Of a DNA stretch of 64,000 bases, positions 1-9,418 are shown one piece after another. The DNA comes from a virus, in IMG/VR virus record IMGVR_UViG_3300019487_000032, positions 625 to 64,624 of that record. One strand, given 5' to 3'. The translations under genes were made by a program, and so were the position numbers. The notes under the pieces are model-generated. The model ran no database searches, was not told the origin of the DNA, and saw only the letters and a program-made list of their open reading frames with translations. Position 1 is the stretch's first letter; each line of letters starts with the position of its first letter.

Positions 1-1325
1 ACGTGCAACGCGACCTCGGGATGTTCGTGACGGAAGCGCTGGATCATGCCGTGGATGACGCGGCGTAGACTCGGGTGCACGGTCTTGCCCGAGCGCAGTT
101 CCAACACGTAGAGCAATGCAGGCAGCGCGTACGTGACCGAGCACGGCACGCGGAAGCCGAGCGCGTTATAGTACTGGCGCTTCACTTCGCGATTGTGCTC
201 GCCTGCACCAAGACGCATCGCGATCGTGTGACGCTGCTCCTCGATCAGGGTCTCGGCTTCACCTCGTAGCTCGCCGAGCTGTTCGAGGTACCACGGCTCG
301 AAGCCCCAGCTCGTATCGAGCAGCGGCATGCGGCACACACCGTTGCGATGACGTTGGATGTCGCGGAACGATCCGAAGTCGAGCAGGAAGTCGAACGTGA
401 ACGACGCGAGGTCGCTCATGAAGTGCGGCAGTACGCAGCCGCGCGGGCGCGTCCTGATGAAGTCGTAGCGGTCCTGCTTCACGATCTCCGAGAGCGGCAT
501 CCCCGGACGGTTCCATGCTGGGTACATCTGTACCGGTTCGTCATCGTTGAGACGATGGTGGTAGCGATACTCAACCGAGTACGTGAATCGCTGCGCGACG
601 CGATGTTCCCAGTCCTGACGTACATCGCGAGCGTCGCGATCCTTGTTGTTGTCGACGCCGCTGACCGCCGCCAGCGAACGATCAAAACCGCTCGACGCGT
701 ACTTCTCATGAAGCGCGTCGCGCATCTTGAGCGCCGTCTGCGAGATCTCCGGCACTGGGTGCGCGAGCATCCACTCCAAGTGATCAGAAGCCTGGCGCAG
801 GTTCGTGTGCCACGAGAGCTGCGTCGTGATGCCAGCAGGTAGAAAGCCGCGCAGGATGTCGAACGTGCGCGCTTTGACCGCGCGGTCGTACGTCTCGGGC
901 TTCTCGTTGTCGCGGCGCGGATAACGGGCACGGATGATCTCGCCGACGGAGCCCTGCTTGCTCGTGTAGAACGCCATCCAGCGGTCGAGCACCTCCTTCG
1001 ATTCGTGCGTCTTGAACGGGTCGATGATTGGCTGCTTGCCCATGTCGATGTAACGCGTGCTGGTTTCCTGTCCGCTGTAGAGCGGCCAGTCCTGGATCGC
1101 CTTCGCGGCGAGTAGCGACACGCCCTCGATGAACATCGTCGTCGAGCCGCAGTCGGCGATGCTCTTGTGGCCGTAGCCAACGTAGTAGTTCGACATGAAC
1201 TTGCCCGAACCGGATTGCTTCACCTTTTCCAGGTGCACATCGACGCTCTCGGCAGAACGCGAGTAAAGCGCCTGCAGCATGGCGACGTCTTCGGGGGTCA
1301 GGTCATCAACGATGCGTAGCTTCAT
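1..1325 (-). CDS. thyX: FAD-dependent thymidylate synthase, long ThyX type; 3' end runs off the window
   Basis: Not in the ORF track; translated by hand from ATG 1325: MKLRIVDDLTPEDVAMLQALYSRS...YYVGYGHKSIADCGS...QETSTRYID...LSWHTNLRQ...YVLELRSGKTVHPSLR. Both ends were checked open and in the same frame, with no stop at position 1. GGAG RBS upstream. Confidence 0.85.
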   Translation of the reverse strand, partial: MKLRIVDDLTPEDVAMLQALYSRSAESVDVHLEKVKQSGSGKFMSNYYVGYGHKSIADCGSTTMFIEGVSLLAAKAIQDWPLYSGQETSTRYIDMGKQPIIDPFKTHESKEVLDRWMAFYTSKQGSVGEIIRARYPRRDNEKPETYDRAVKARTFDILRGFLPAGITTQLSWHTNLRQASDHLEWMLAHPVPEISQTALKMRDALHEKYASSGFDRSLAAVSGVDNNKDRDARDVRQDWEHRVAQRFTYSVEYRYHHRLNDDEPVQMYPAWNRPGMPLSEIVKQDRYDFIRTRPRGCVLPHFMSDLASFTFDFLLDFGSFRDIQRHRNGVCRMPLLDTSWGFEPWYLEQLGELRGEAETLIEEQRHTIAMRLGAGEHNREVKRQYYNALGFRVPCSVTYALPALLYVLELRSGKTVHPSLRRVIHGMIQRFRHEHPEVALH

Positions 1326-1327
1326 GA

Positions 1328-2287
1328 TCAGATCTCCACGGACTTGTTAGTGGCGGCGGCTTGATTGGTACGGTATTCGGTCAACCACGCCTGGAACTTG
1401 TTTCCGAGCATGACGTGTCGAATTTCAGCGCGCTCCAAGGTTGCAGCATCGAGTTGCGAGATCGGAAATGTCGTAGCGATCACCCAGTGGCCGTCGACGT
1501 ACCCGCGATACAGGTTGATCTGACGCAACAACTCTCCGGCACCAACAGGTGTTGTCTTTACCTCGACGTAGACACTCCCACCCGGCGCATGTTTAGTCGT
1601 GAGGTGCGGTCCGCTATGTATCAGCGGCGTGCTGCGCGCCGTTGCGATTTCGTTCAGGAGCTTTCGACACGGACACGTATCGCGGCAGCAACGACAGTAC
1701 GGGTAGCAGATCGCGTGACGGCTCGGATTTTCGTGCGACGAGAAGGCGGCTGACCTCGGATCGTGTACGTAGTGATGCTCGATCGTCATCACGTTCATTT
1801 CGATTTCGGCGATCCGGTCACGGGCCGCTTGTCCTTGCTTTAGCAACTGCACCGTGCCGGACGTTTTTAGATCTTGGCGTTCTTGATACCACCTGAACTC
1901 TAGGGGCCCCCATTCGCCCCAGTGTTCCATTTGATTCAAGGTCGCCACCCACTCCTTGTTACCTTCTTCGACAGTCGCGTAATCGAAGCGAAGAGCGACA
2001 TCCAAGAATCCAATAGTCGTTTTGTACTGTCCTTCACCCTTGCTGATCGGAACTTCCAGTTCAGCGCGGCTGAACTCGGGCGTCATCGTTACAGTACCTT
2101 TCAGTTTGCAGTGGTCGGTATAGGTGCGCGCAACCGGAACCTGACGCACCAAAACAGTGTGCGCGACCAGTGCAGTTGCGTTCTCCGGCAGCGCCACGTA
2201 CTGGCATGCGAGATCGTGGATCGGATTTTTCTTGTCGGGGTCAGCGAAGCCGAGCCTCGCCAGCATCGTTCGATCGTGTGAGTGCAT
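1328..2287 (-). CDS. Hypothetical protein, probable PD-(D/E)XK nuclease fold with a large insertion
   Basis: IGFLDVAL ... YVEVKT ... GELLRQINLY (D, ExK, QxxxY motifs), with a Cys-rich insert in between. Confidence 0.55.
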   Translation of the reverse strand: MHSHDRTMLARLGFADPDKKNPIHDLACQYVALPENATALVAHTVLVRQVPVARTYTDHCKLKGTVTMTPEFSRAELEVPISKGEGQYKTTIGFLDVALRFDYATVEEGNKEWVATLNQMEHWGEWGPLEFRWYQERQDLKTSGTVQLLKQGQAARDRIAEIEMNVMTIEHHYVHDPRSAAFSSHENPSRHAICYPYCRCCRDTCPCRKLLNEIATARSTPLIHSGPHLTTKHAPGGSVYVEVKTTPVGAGELLRQINLYRGYVDGHWVIATTFPISQLDAATLERAEIRHVMLGNKFQAWLTEYRTNQAAATNKSVEI

Positions 2288-2299
2288 AGCTCTGTCTCC

Positions 2300-2632
2300 C
2301 TAGATGTTCCCGATCAGAACGAGGATCGGTCGCTCGACTTCGTCGTACGTAATCTTCTCGACCCACGGTCCGGGCTGACGGCAGTACCAGCGCGCGGTGC
2401 CATCCCAGTCTTCGTTGCACCACGCCTTGAGGCGTTCGCGCCGCGCGATCATGTCGGCCTTGATCTTCGCGTAGTCGTCGGCGTGCTTGACGGGATCGAA
2501 CACGTACCAGCACACCTGCGTCGCGAACGCGGCCGGTGGTCCTTTCCAATCTACGGGCACGAAGCGGTACTCCATGACGCCCTTGACGTCACTGAGCTTC
2601 GTCACCCTGCCTAGTTTCCCTGTTGCTGTCAC
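2300..2632 (-). CDS. Hypothetical protein
   Basis: 110 aa ORF co-oriented and tightly packed with its neighbours. Confidence 0.6.
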   Translation of the reverse strand: MTATGKLGRVTKLSDVKGVMEYRFVPVDWKGPPAAFATQVCWYVFDPVKHADDYAKIKADMIARRERLKAWCNEDWDGTARWYCRQPGPWVEKITYDEVERPILVLIGNI

Positions 2633-2689
2633 ACGCTCTCCCTGGTCTGCACGCTCACGCGTCCCTACGCAGACCTGCTCATCACGTTG

Positions 2690-2893
2690 CTAGCCGAGTA
2701 GCTCAGCTCCAGTCAACTTCAACGGGCCACCGTTGATTTTGGTGATCTGATCCGCGACACGCTTCTGCTGCTTGCGAATGCTCGCAGCGAGATCGAGTTC
2801 GCCGTGGTTCCGTGCAAGGTTGAACGCACGCGCCAACGCGGCCGAAGCCTGGTTCAATTCTTTCGTCAGCAACGCTCGCTGTGGCGGTGTCAC
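2690..2893 (-). CDS. Small hypothetical coiled-coil protein
   Basis: AAGGAG RBS precedes GTG at 2893 (MTPPQRALLTKELNQ...). Confidence 0.55.
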   Translation of the reverse strand: MTPPQRALLTKELNQASAALARAFNLARNHGELDLAASIRKQQKRVADQITKINGGPLKLTGAELLG

Positions 2894-2895
2894 GG

Positions 2896-3162
2896 TCAGC
2901 TCCTTGGGGGCCAAGACCAACCGGGAACAGACGGGTTGGACGGGTTGTATGGGCGCACGAACATCTGGTTCTGTGCAGGTGGACGGTAGGGGTCAGCCGT
3001 CAGATCGTTCGGCTCGAAGAACACGAACAGATTGACGACGTCATCACTCGCACCAATCGACGTCACCATGGCAGGCCGCGAAAGGTGCACAGGCTTGTGA
3101 TCCTCACCCATGAACGTGAAGTGGTAGAGCACGATGCGACACGGCGTGGGGTTCGGGATCAT
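2896..3162 (-). CDS. Small hypothetical phage protein
   Basis: GGAG RBS, then MIPNPTPCRIVLYH...RPAMVT...VNLFVF; coupled to the upstream gene. Confidence 0.65.
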   Translation of the reverse strand: MIPNPTPCRIVLYHFTFMGEDHKPVHLSRPAMVTSIGASDDVVNLFVFFEPNDLTADPYRPPAQNQMFVRPYNPSNPSVPGWSWPPRS

Positions 3163-3719
3163 GCGAGCCTTCTCCATCCGCGACATGCAGCACGCGCACC
3201 GGTCAACGTGCGGTACAGACCGCTGTCGCTCATGTTGTGTTTCGCAAGCCATGCACCGATATCAGTAGTCGTCTCGATGCATCCGCTCTCGATGTGCTGG
3301 ATCTTGAAGACGTGATCCTTGACGGACTCGTAGCCCTTCAACAGTTCGCGGATGCGCGCTTTACGCCGTATACCCATCAGCGGCAAGAGTTGCTTCATGA
3401 GTTGATAGGCCGCTGGGCCACTGACCTGGAACATCCAACGCGGTTTGCACTTGACGGGGCGAACGCCCTTCTTAGGACGTCGCGTGAAGCCGTTGGCGTA
3501 CGGACCACGAACATGCCCAACGCCTACCTTGCGGTGAAGACGCTTGAGCACATCTAAATCCGTCATGTGACACTGCACGGAGACACCGCGTGGTGAACTC
3601 GCACCGCTCTTATGTGAGAAGCAACCTTCGCCTTCTAGTAGCCCCGCGACCCACGCGAGATCAGTAGTATCGAGCTGCCGTCCGTGCACTGCTGCGTTTC
3701 GCGTGTGCTTACTGATCAT
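3159..3719 (-). CDS. Free-standing LAGLIDADG homing endonuclease-like protein
   Basis: DLAWVAGLLEGEGCFS motif, SVQCHMTDLDVLKRL, RWMFQVSG; short C-terminal HTH-like segment. Confidence 0.8.
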   Translation of the reverse strand: MISKHTRNAAVHGRQLDTTDLAWVAGLLEGEGCFSHKSGASSPRGVSVQCHMTDLDVLKRLHRKVGVGHVRGPYANGFTRRPKKGVRPVKCKPRWMFQVSGPAAYQLMKQLLPLMGIRRKARIRELLKGYESVKDHVFKIQHIESGCIETTTDIGAWLAKHNMSDSGLYRTLTGARAACRGWRRLA

Positions 3720-3999
3720 GTTTCGCCAACCATTCGGCGATGATCATGCCATGACACAGTTTTGGGGCGCAATGGCAGCCCAAGCGCTTACCGCGCAACT
3801 GCATCACGCGTCGACGGAACTCGGGGTCCTTCTCGACGCGCGCATAGAAGTACTCCTTGTACTTCTGCAGCACGACTTGCCGATCCCCGTCCTTGCCGAG
3901 GTGATACGGATTGCCGAACGGCGACGAACGATCGATCGCGACGTCGTAGTTGCTGGTCGTTCGCATGTTGACGACGACCGTATCGACGATGGACGCCAC
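3709..3999 (-). CDS. DUF4326-family protein
   Basis: IDRSSPFGNPY ... LRGKRLGCHCAPKLCHGMIIAEWL. Confidence 0.85.
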   Translation of the reverse strand: MASIVDTVVVNMRTTSNYDVAIDRSSPFGNPYHLGKDGDRQVVLQKYKEYFYARVEKDPEFRRRVMQLRGKRLGCHCAPKLCHGMIIAEWLAKHDQ

Positions 4000-4002
4000 G
4001 AA

Positions 4003-4284
4003 CTACGCCGCCGTTGGACGGTTCGCAGTCGACTCGCGATGCGCTTCGACGAGCTGCTTCGCATGTTGCGCTTGATTCGGTCCGGGACCGACGACGCCCA
4101 CGTAGTTATCGACGATCGTCGCGTCACAGACGTCACCGCCGAGCGCGCAGATCGGATGAACCTCTTCGATCGTATTGACGATCGTCACGATCCAGCACGC
4201 GATCGGTTCGGTGGTGTACCCGTCACCGTCGATTTGTCCAAACACTGCTGCCCAACCTGGCTGACATGCGATCAAATTGCTCAT
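4003..4284 (-). CDS. Hypothetical protein
   Basis: 93 aa ORF in operon packing. Confidence 0.6.
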   Translation of the reverse strand: MSNLIACQPGWAAVFGQIDGDGYTTEPIACWIVTIVNTIEEVHPICALGGDVCDATIVDNYVGVVGPGPNQAQHAKQLVEAHRESTANRPTAA

Positions 4285-4323
4285 GGAACCGCTACCCCTA
4301 GGTGAAACGTCTGGTCTACATCA

Positions 4324-6036
4324 CTACGTGCGCCGGAACGTGTACAGCATGACGTCGCCCGCCCCGGTTTGCCGGGTGACGTCGAAGTGTCGTCCAAGAG
4401 CGCCGCCTGCTTCACGCAACCGCGCAGCGAGCCCCTTGGGTGACTTGAAGAACGTCTGGTTGCCCGTCACCTTCGCGATCATCGCTAGCTCGCGATGAAG
4501 ATCGGCGACACGCATCTCGCGTCCTTGATTCGAGACGACGTCGAGCCACTTGTCGAGCAGCTCGATCAGTTGATCGCCCTCGCCGATAACGAGCGCGTCG
4601 CGCTCGGCTTGCATAGCCGCGAGCATCTCGTCGATGGCCTCGGGCGACCAATCGCCTGGCGGTCCGGCGGGCTGGTTCAGCACACGGCCGATCACATGCG
4701 CAACGCGCGCGAAGTCGGCCATGCGGTACGGCGACGTCGACAACGGCTGCGGCTTACGCAGCTCGCGGACGATTTCGTTGAGCCAGTACAGCCACTCGCC
4801 TTGCAACTGTGGACGCCAGCTCTGCGCGTGTTCGAGTAGTTGATCAGCCGAACCGAAGTTGTCGGTGCGCCGTTCGAGTCGGATGATCAAGCACCGGTCA
4901 GCGAGCTGTCCCTGGCGGAACGTCGTCGGATTGTTGCTCGTGATCTGCAGGAAGCTCTGTGGCCTGATCACGTGTTCGGTGTCGTCGGTGAACAGCTTGC
5001 GCTTGGACCACGTACCGCCGGTCGCGTACGAGCACAACGTGTCCTGCAGCCACTCGATCGTTGTATTGACGTCGTCGATGATCGCGAGCGGCGAGCGGAG
5101 GATCTTCACGCCGAAGTCGGGGTCCTCCTTCTTCGCGATCGTCAGCGGCGCGCTCTTGCCGTGCAAGGTCATCGCAATGCGCTGCAGTGCGAACGTCTTG
5201 CCCGATCCGGGCATACCCTCGACGAGCATGATGGGTTTGGTCGGCATCAGATCGGGGAAGGCCACCGCGAACAGCCAGATGCCCAGGCACGTCTTCTGTG
5301 TCTCGGGCGACATGCTGCCCGACGTCGTCGGTACGTAGTTGAGATCGTCGATGAGCTGCTTCATCAGCTCATGATGGTTGCCGACGATCGGTCCGTCGTC
5401 TGGCGGCGCGTCGCAGTTGAAGCCGCCGTCGTCGTCGAGGAATACCGCCGAGCCGTAGCCGTTGTTGCGGATCTTCACCTCGTCGCCGTCGATCTCGTAG
5501 CAGGTACCGTCGTACCGCGAGATGTAGAGCGTCTGCCGGGCACGGTCCCAGTATGAGAACCGGCGCACGTCGCGCGGCAAGCCCGTCGCGATCGTTGCGT
5601 TCTGCAGCGCCGACATCACGTGGCGCGTGAGCTGCTCGCTGGAGTTGAGACCGTACGCGAGCTGCATGTAGCCCCGGAACTCGGGGTCACGCTCGTCGAT
5701 GCGGTAGAGCTTGCACGCTCGGCCGTCGAACAGGTACGCGCGCTTGTCGGTCGTCTTGAGGAACGCACCGTGCGGCGTCTTTCGGTTCTCGTGCGTCGTG
5801 ATGAAGTTGAAGAGGATGCGGCGCTTCTGATCCTCGTTGTACTTCTTGTGATAGCGGATCGCCCAGACCTGCTGGCGCGTCCACGTATGCGGATCGCTGA
5901 TGGGACTACCACCGCCGCCACCGCCGCCGCCGCCCGTCGAGGGCGTACTGGATCCGGACGAGCTACTCGCGCTCGCAGTCGCTGCGTTCGCGCTCGTTCC
6001 AGGGAACGGGATGATGTTGTTGTTGCCGCCAGCCAT
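4324..6036 (-). CDS. SF3-like helicase/ATPase (resembles the C-terminal part of P4-type primase-helicases)
   Basis: Walker A EGMPGSGKT, Walker B LAIIDD, motif C ITSNNP, GTWSKRKLFTDD. Start re-called to ATG 6036, just after the stop of the HTH gene. Confidence 0.75.
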   Translation of the reverse strand: MAGGNNNIIPFPGTSANAATASASSSSGSSTPSTGGGGGGGGGSPISDPHTWTRQQVWAIRYHKKYNEDQKRRILFNFITTHENRKTPHGAFLKTTDKRAYLFDGRACKLYRIDERDPEFRGYMQLAYGLNSSEQLTRHVMSALQNATIATGLPRDVRRFSYWDRARQTLYISRYDGTCYEIDGDEVKIRNNGYGSAVFLDDDGGFNCDAPPDDGPIVGNHHELMKQLIDDLNYVPTTSGSMSPETQKTCLGIWLFAVAFPDLMPTKPIMLVEGMPGSGKTFALQRIAMTLHGKSAPLTIAKKEDPDFGVKILRSPLAIIDDVNTTIEWLQDTLCSYATGGTWSKRKLFTDDTEHVIRPQSFLQITSNNPTTFRQGQLADRCLIIRLERRTDNFGSADQLLEHAQSWRPQLQGEWLYWLNEIVRELRKPQPLSTSPYRMADFARVAHVIGRVLNQPAGPPGDWSPEAIDEMLAAMQAERDALVIGEGDQLIELLDKWLDVVSNQGREMRVADLHRELAMIAKVTGNQTFFKSPKGLAARLREAGGALGRHFDVTRQTGAGDVMLYTFRRT

Positions 6037-6038
6037 CC

Positions 6039-6245
6039 CTAGCCTGCGGCCAACTGACGACGCTTTTGCGCCAGTGTATCGATGCTCGTCTTCATGAAGA
6101 CGGTGCGACCGAGCACGCGCTTGGGCGCGAGTGTTCCTGCCTTGACCCATCGCCACAACGTCGCGATGGAAATGTCAAGGGCTGCTGCCGACTGCTCGGG
6201 GGTCAGGATGTCAGCGATGCGTTTCGTGCGACTCACTGTGCTCAT
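6039..6245 (-). CDS. Excisionase/MerR-like HTH DNA-binding protein
   Basis: LTPEQSAAALDISIATLWRWVKAGTLAPKRVLGRTVF. Confidence 0.8.
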   Translation of the reverse strand: MSTVSRTKRIADILTPEQSAAALDISIATLWRWVKAGTLAPKRVLGRTVFMKTSIDTLAQKRRQLAAG

Positions 6246-6458
6246 AATTCTCACCGAGCGTGTTCGCCCGGATTACAGTAGCGAAACTACGTAGTCAAGG
6301 GTCCCGAAGTTATGCACAGGGATCACTCGTCGAGAAACTGAAACTCCTCGCGCAGATCAACGCGATCAATTCACAGCCGTTCACAAGCACGATGATCCGG
6401 AGCAGATCTCGATACGTAAATTCGCGTACGATCGCGTGACATCGGCGCACATCCGGGC

Positions 6459-6488
6459 TTGACAGTTTCGGTGACCGCGACTTAGCGT
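6459..6488 (+). promoter_or_regulatory. Sigma70-like promoter for the replication operon
   Basis: TTGACA (6459-6464)-N18-TAGCGT (6483-6488), upstream of ATG 6522. Confidence 0.55.
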
Positions 6489-6521
6489 GCGACCTTCGAG
6501 TTACGAGCTAGGGGCTGAAAA

Positions 6522-8309
6522 ATGAGAGCTGCTACGGCGGGCCAGGGAAGAGCAACCCTGGTCGCGCACCCGACACGACGCGACTGGTTTGCGATCCCAC
6601 CGGCATGGACGCCGGAAGTGTCGCGCGCGCCCGTGGTCCAGCTCGACGGACGCTGGGGTCCGCTCGTGCATCGATCGCACTTGCCGATCCTTGCGCAGAA
6701 CCATCCTGACGTCGAAAATTTTTTGTCCACGTACGGATCGCGGCAGCGACTAGATTCTGATCGCATCAGCGATCGAGCTGACTTCGACATGGGGACGACG
6801 GCCAACGGCTGGAATCTCCGTGGATATCAGCACGACGGCCGCGACTTCATCCGTGACCGTCGCGGCACGCTACTCGCCGATCAGATGCGGCTCGGCAAGA
6901 CGGCGCAGCTCGTCGCCTCACACGAACTCGACGATGGTCCGCTGATTGTCGTCGCGCCACTCGCGACTCGCGAGGTCTGGCTCGGCTGGTTCCGCCGTCG
7001 CTGGCCGGATATCCGCCCCCTGGTGCTGCAGGGCAAGACCGTCGCGTACATCAATCCGAAGACGAAGAAGCCGTCGACGCGGCGCAAGGATCGCGGCTAC
7101 GACCTGCTCGAAGGCGACTACTTCGACGAGACGATGCTCAAGAACGCGCAACTCGTGTTCATGAACTACGACATCCTCGCCGGCTGGAAGAACTTCGGCA
7201 ACCGGCGCATCGGCACGCTGATCTTCGACGAGATCCACCTGCTCTCGAACAAGGCGAGCCACCGCAGCAAGGCTGCGCTGTTCATGTCCACGGTCGCCGA
7301 CCGTGTTATCGGCGCGACCGGCACGCCCGTGTGGAACAAGCCCGCCGGGCTCTACACGACGCTCGCGAGTATCACGCCGGGCGCGTGGGGCAAATACTAC
7401 GAGTACGCCGCGCGCTACGCAGGTGGCCGTATGGGCGCGCACGGCTTCGTCGCCGACGGTACCTCGCACGAGGAAGAATTCCGCCTGCGCATGCAGGAAG
7501 TGATGATCCGACGCACGTGGCAGTCGGTCATCGGCCAGGTGCCGCCGATCACGCGCACCGTCGAGGTCGTCGAGATCACCGAGCGCCAAGCGTTCGCCGT
7601 CGAGAAAGAGGCCGAGCGCGTTCGCGATCACGCGCACAAGTCGACGGTGATCGGCGCGACCGCACGGTTCCGTCGGTTGCTCGCGCAGCTCAAGCTCGAA
7701 GGTTCCATCGACGCCGCCAAGCGTGTTCTCGACGGCGGTGAGCGCGTGATCGTCTGGACCTGGCACCGCGATATCGCGCTTCGAATTGAAGAAGCGCTCG
7801 CGAAGCAGGGTTACCCCGGCTTCGTTGTCTCGGGTGCTACGCATCAGGACATCCGCGAGACGATCTACAACCGGTGGCGCGCCCACCCGTGTTCGCCGTT
7901 GTGCATCACGCTCTCCGTCGGGCAGGTCGGCATCGACCTCAGCGCCGCACGCCAGGAAGTCTTCGCCGAGCTGGACTACACGCCCGCGATCGTCGCGCAG
8001 GCCGAGATGCGTCCGTTCAACGGACAGCAGCCCGTCGCCGCGACGTACGTGATCATCGATCACGACATCGAGCGGAAGATCCTCGAAGCGCTGCAGACCA
8101 AGTGCGAGTTGGCATTCCGGCTCGGTGTTCCTGCAGCCGAGAGCGCGATCGATGTCATCGCCAGCGGCTTCACCGGCATCGGCGGCGGCGATCTCACACC
8201 CGACGATCTCGATGCGCTTGCATCGGCCGTGCTCGCGGATCACCCCGAGGACGAGGACGACAACGACTACCACGGCACGCTGTGGAACTTCGACTGGGAG
8301 AAGGAATGA
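6522..8309 (+). CDS. SNF2-family (SF2) helicase
   Basis: LLADQMRLGKT, LIFDEIH, GATGTPVWN, VMIRRT, GQVGIDLSAA, QAEMR. Confidence 0.9.
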   Translation: MRAATAGQGRATLVAHPTRRDWFAIPPAWTPEVSRAPVVQLDGRWGPLVHRSHLPILAQNHPDVENFLSTYGSRQRLDSDRISDRADFDMGTTANGWNLRGYQHDGRDFIRDRRGTLLADQMRLGKTAQLVASHELDDGPLIVVAPLATREVWLGWFRRRWPDIRPLVLQGKTVAYINPKTKKPSTRRKDRGYDLLEGDYFDETMLKNAQLVFMNYDILAGWKNFGNRRIGTLIFDEIHLLSNKASHRSKAALFMSTVADRVIGATGTPVWNKPAGLYTTLASITPGAWGKYYEYAARYAGGRMGAHGFVADGTSHEEEFRLRMQEVMIRRTWQSVIGQVPPITRTVEVVEITERQAFAVEKEAERVRDHAHKSTVIGATARFRRLLAQLKLEGSIDAAKRVLDGGERVIVWTWHRDIALRIEEALAKQGYPGFVVSGATHQDIRETIYNRWRAHPCSPLCITLSVGQVGIDLSAARQEVFAELDYTPAIVAQAEMRPFNGQQPVAATYVIIDHDIERKILEALQTKCELAFRLGVPAAESAIDVIASGFTGIGGGDLTPDDLDALASAVLADHPEDEDDNDYHGTLWNFDWEKE

Positions 8310-9418
8310 CGAAAACAGCCGAGCTAGAAGACTTCGAGGTCGAGGGTGGCACACGCGAACCCAACATGATCGTGCCACCGCCGATCGCGCAGCCCGACTA
8401 CTTCACGATGAACGGAGATCCCAACCGCATCTACTTCGAGGATGCGATGAACGAGATCTTCAAGCACCACAACATCGAGAAGATGGGTGGCGCGTCGGGT
8501 CGCGGCTGGTCGAGTCACGCCACGTTTCAGCGTTGCCCGTACCTGTTCAAGCTGACGTACCTTGAAGGGCAGCGCGGCGCGCCTGCAACCGCGCTGGAGA
8601 CGGGCTCGGCGTTCCACACGTTCCTCGCGCTCCACTACACGTGGATGCTCAACGGCGATCTGACGCTGACGCCGTTCGTCGCGAAGGACTCGCTGCTCGC
8701 GATGAACGTTGATGCGAAGGCCGTCATCGAAGCGTTCCGGCTCTACGAAGCGTACGCCGATCGCTACGAAGGCGATTACCTGCATCCGATCGAGATGGAA
8801 GCGTGGGCGCAGGATCCCGACGGCAATACGTGCCGCTTCGATATGATCGCCGAGATCAAAGAAGCGCAGCCGGGTCTCATGCCCGGCGTGTACATCATCG
8901 AGCACAAGACCGCAGCACGTTTCACTGCCGACGCGCTCGAAGGTTGGCGCAACGACGGTGAAATCTTGGGCCAGATCATGGTCTGGAAGCGCGCCAAGCT
9001 CGACAAGAAGTACGGCAAGCTGCGCGGCACCATCGTCAATATCGTTGGCAAGCAGAAGGTCATCCAATTCCACCGCACGATCGTGCCCGCACAGAAGTGG
9101 CACGTAACGCAGCACATGGAAGACCTCAAGATGTGGTCCGCGCTACAGCAGATGTACGCGGCCACGGGAGTCTGGCCGAAGGCACGCGCGAACTGCGTGA
9201 CCAAGTTCGGCATGTGCAACTTTTTTGATCACTGTGCCGAGAACCAAAAGCTCGTGCCTATTCGCAAGCGTGAGTGGGCTCCGCAGGCTCGCCCAGCGAT
9301 CGCTGATCCGACTACGTCGCAAGAGGGACTTGCGATTACCGACCCGATCGGGCAAACGTCGTCAGCTCCGGCTGGTGGCGTGAGTGACAACGCAGAGAAC
9401 ACAGGGAGCAACGCATGA
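8306..9418 (+). CDS. Cas4/RecB-like PD-(D/E)XK exonuclease
   Basis: ATG overlaps the helicase stop (ATGA); SHATFQRCPY, GSAFH, RFDMI, IIEHKTA, C-terminal CVTKFGMCNFFDHC. Confidence 0.85.
   Translation: MTKTAELEDFEVEGGTREPNMIVPPPIAQPDYFTMNGDPNRIYFEDAMNEIFKHHNIEKMGGASGRGWSSHATFQRCPYLFKLTYLEGQRGAPATALETGSAFHTFLALHYTWMLNGDLTLTPFVAKDSLLAMNVDAKAVIEAFRLYEAYADRYEGDYLHPIEMEAWAQDPDGNTCRFDMIAEIKEAQPGLMPGVYIIEHKTAARFTADALEGWRNDGEILGQIMVWKRAKLDKKYGKLRGTIVNIVGKQKVIQFHRTIVPAQKWHVTQHMEDLKMWSALQQMYAATGVWPKARANCVTKFGMCNFFDHCAENQKLVPIRKREWAPQARPAIADPTTSQEGLAITDPIGQTSSAPAGGVSDNAENTGSNA

Noticed and set aside
3159-3719. LAGLIDADG/HNH genes as inteins or group I intron ORFs in thyX, nrdJ or polA
   Set aside because: The host genes are continuous, with no intein C...HN termini or intron boundaries seen; the endonucleases are free-standing.
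5909-5990. Poly-Gly/Ser low-complexity tract
   Set aside because: An ordinary flexible linker at the helicase N-terminus.
6039-6245. Excisionase-like HTH taken as evidence of a prophage boundary
   Set aside because: No integrase, att-like repeat or host gene block appears in the window.
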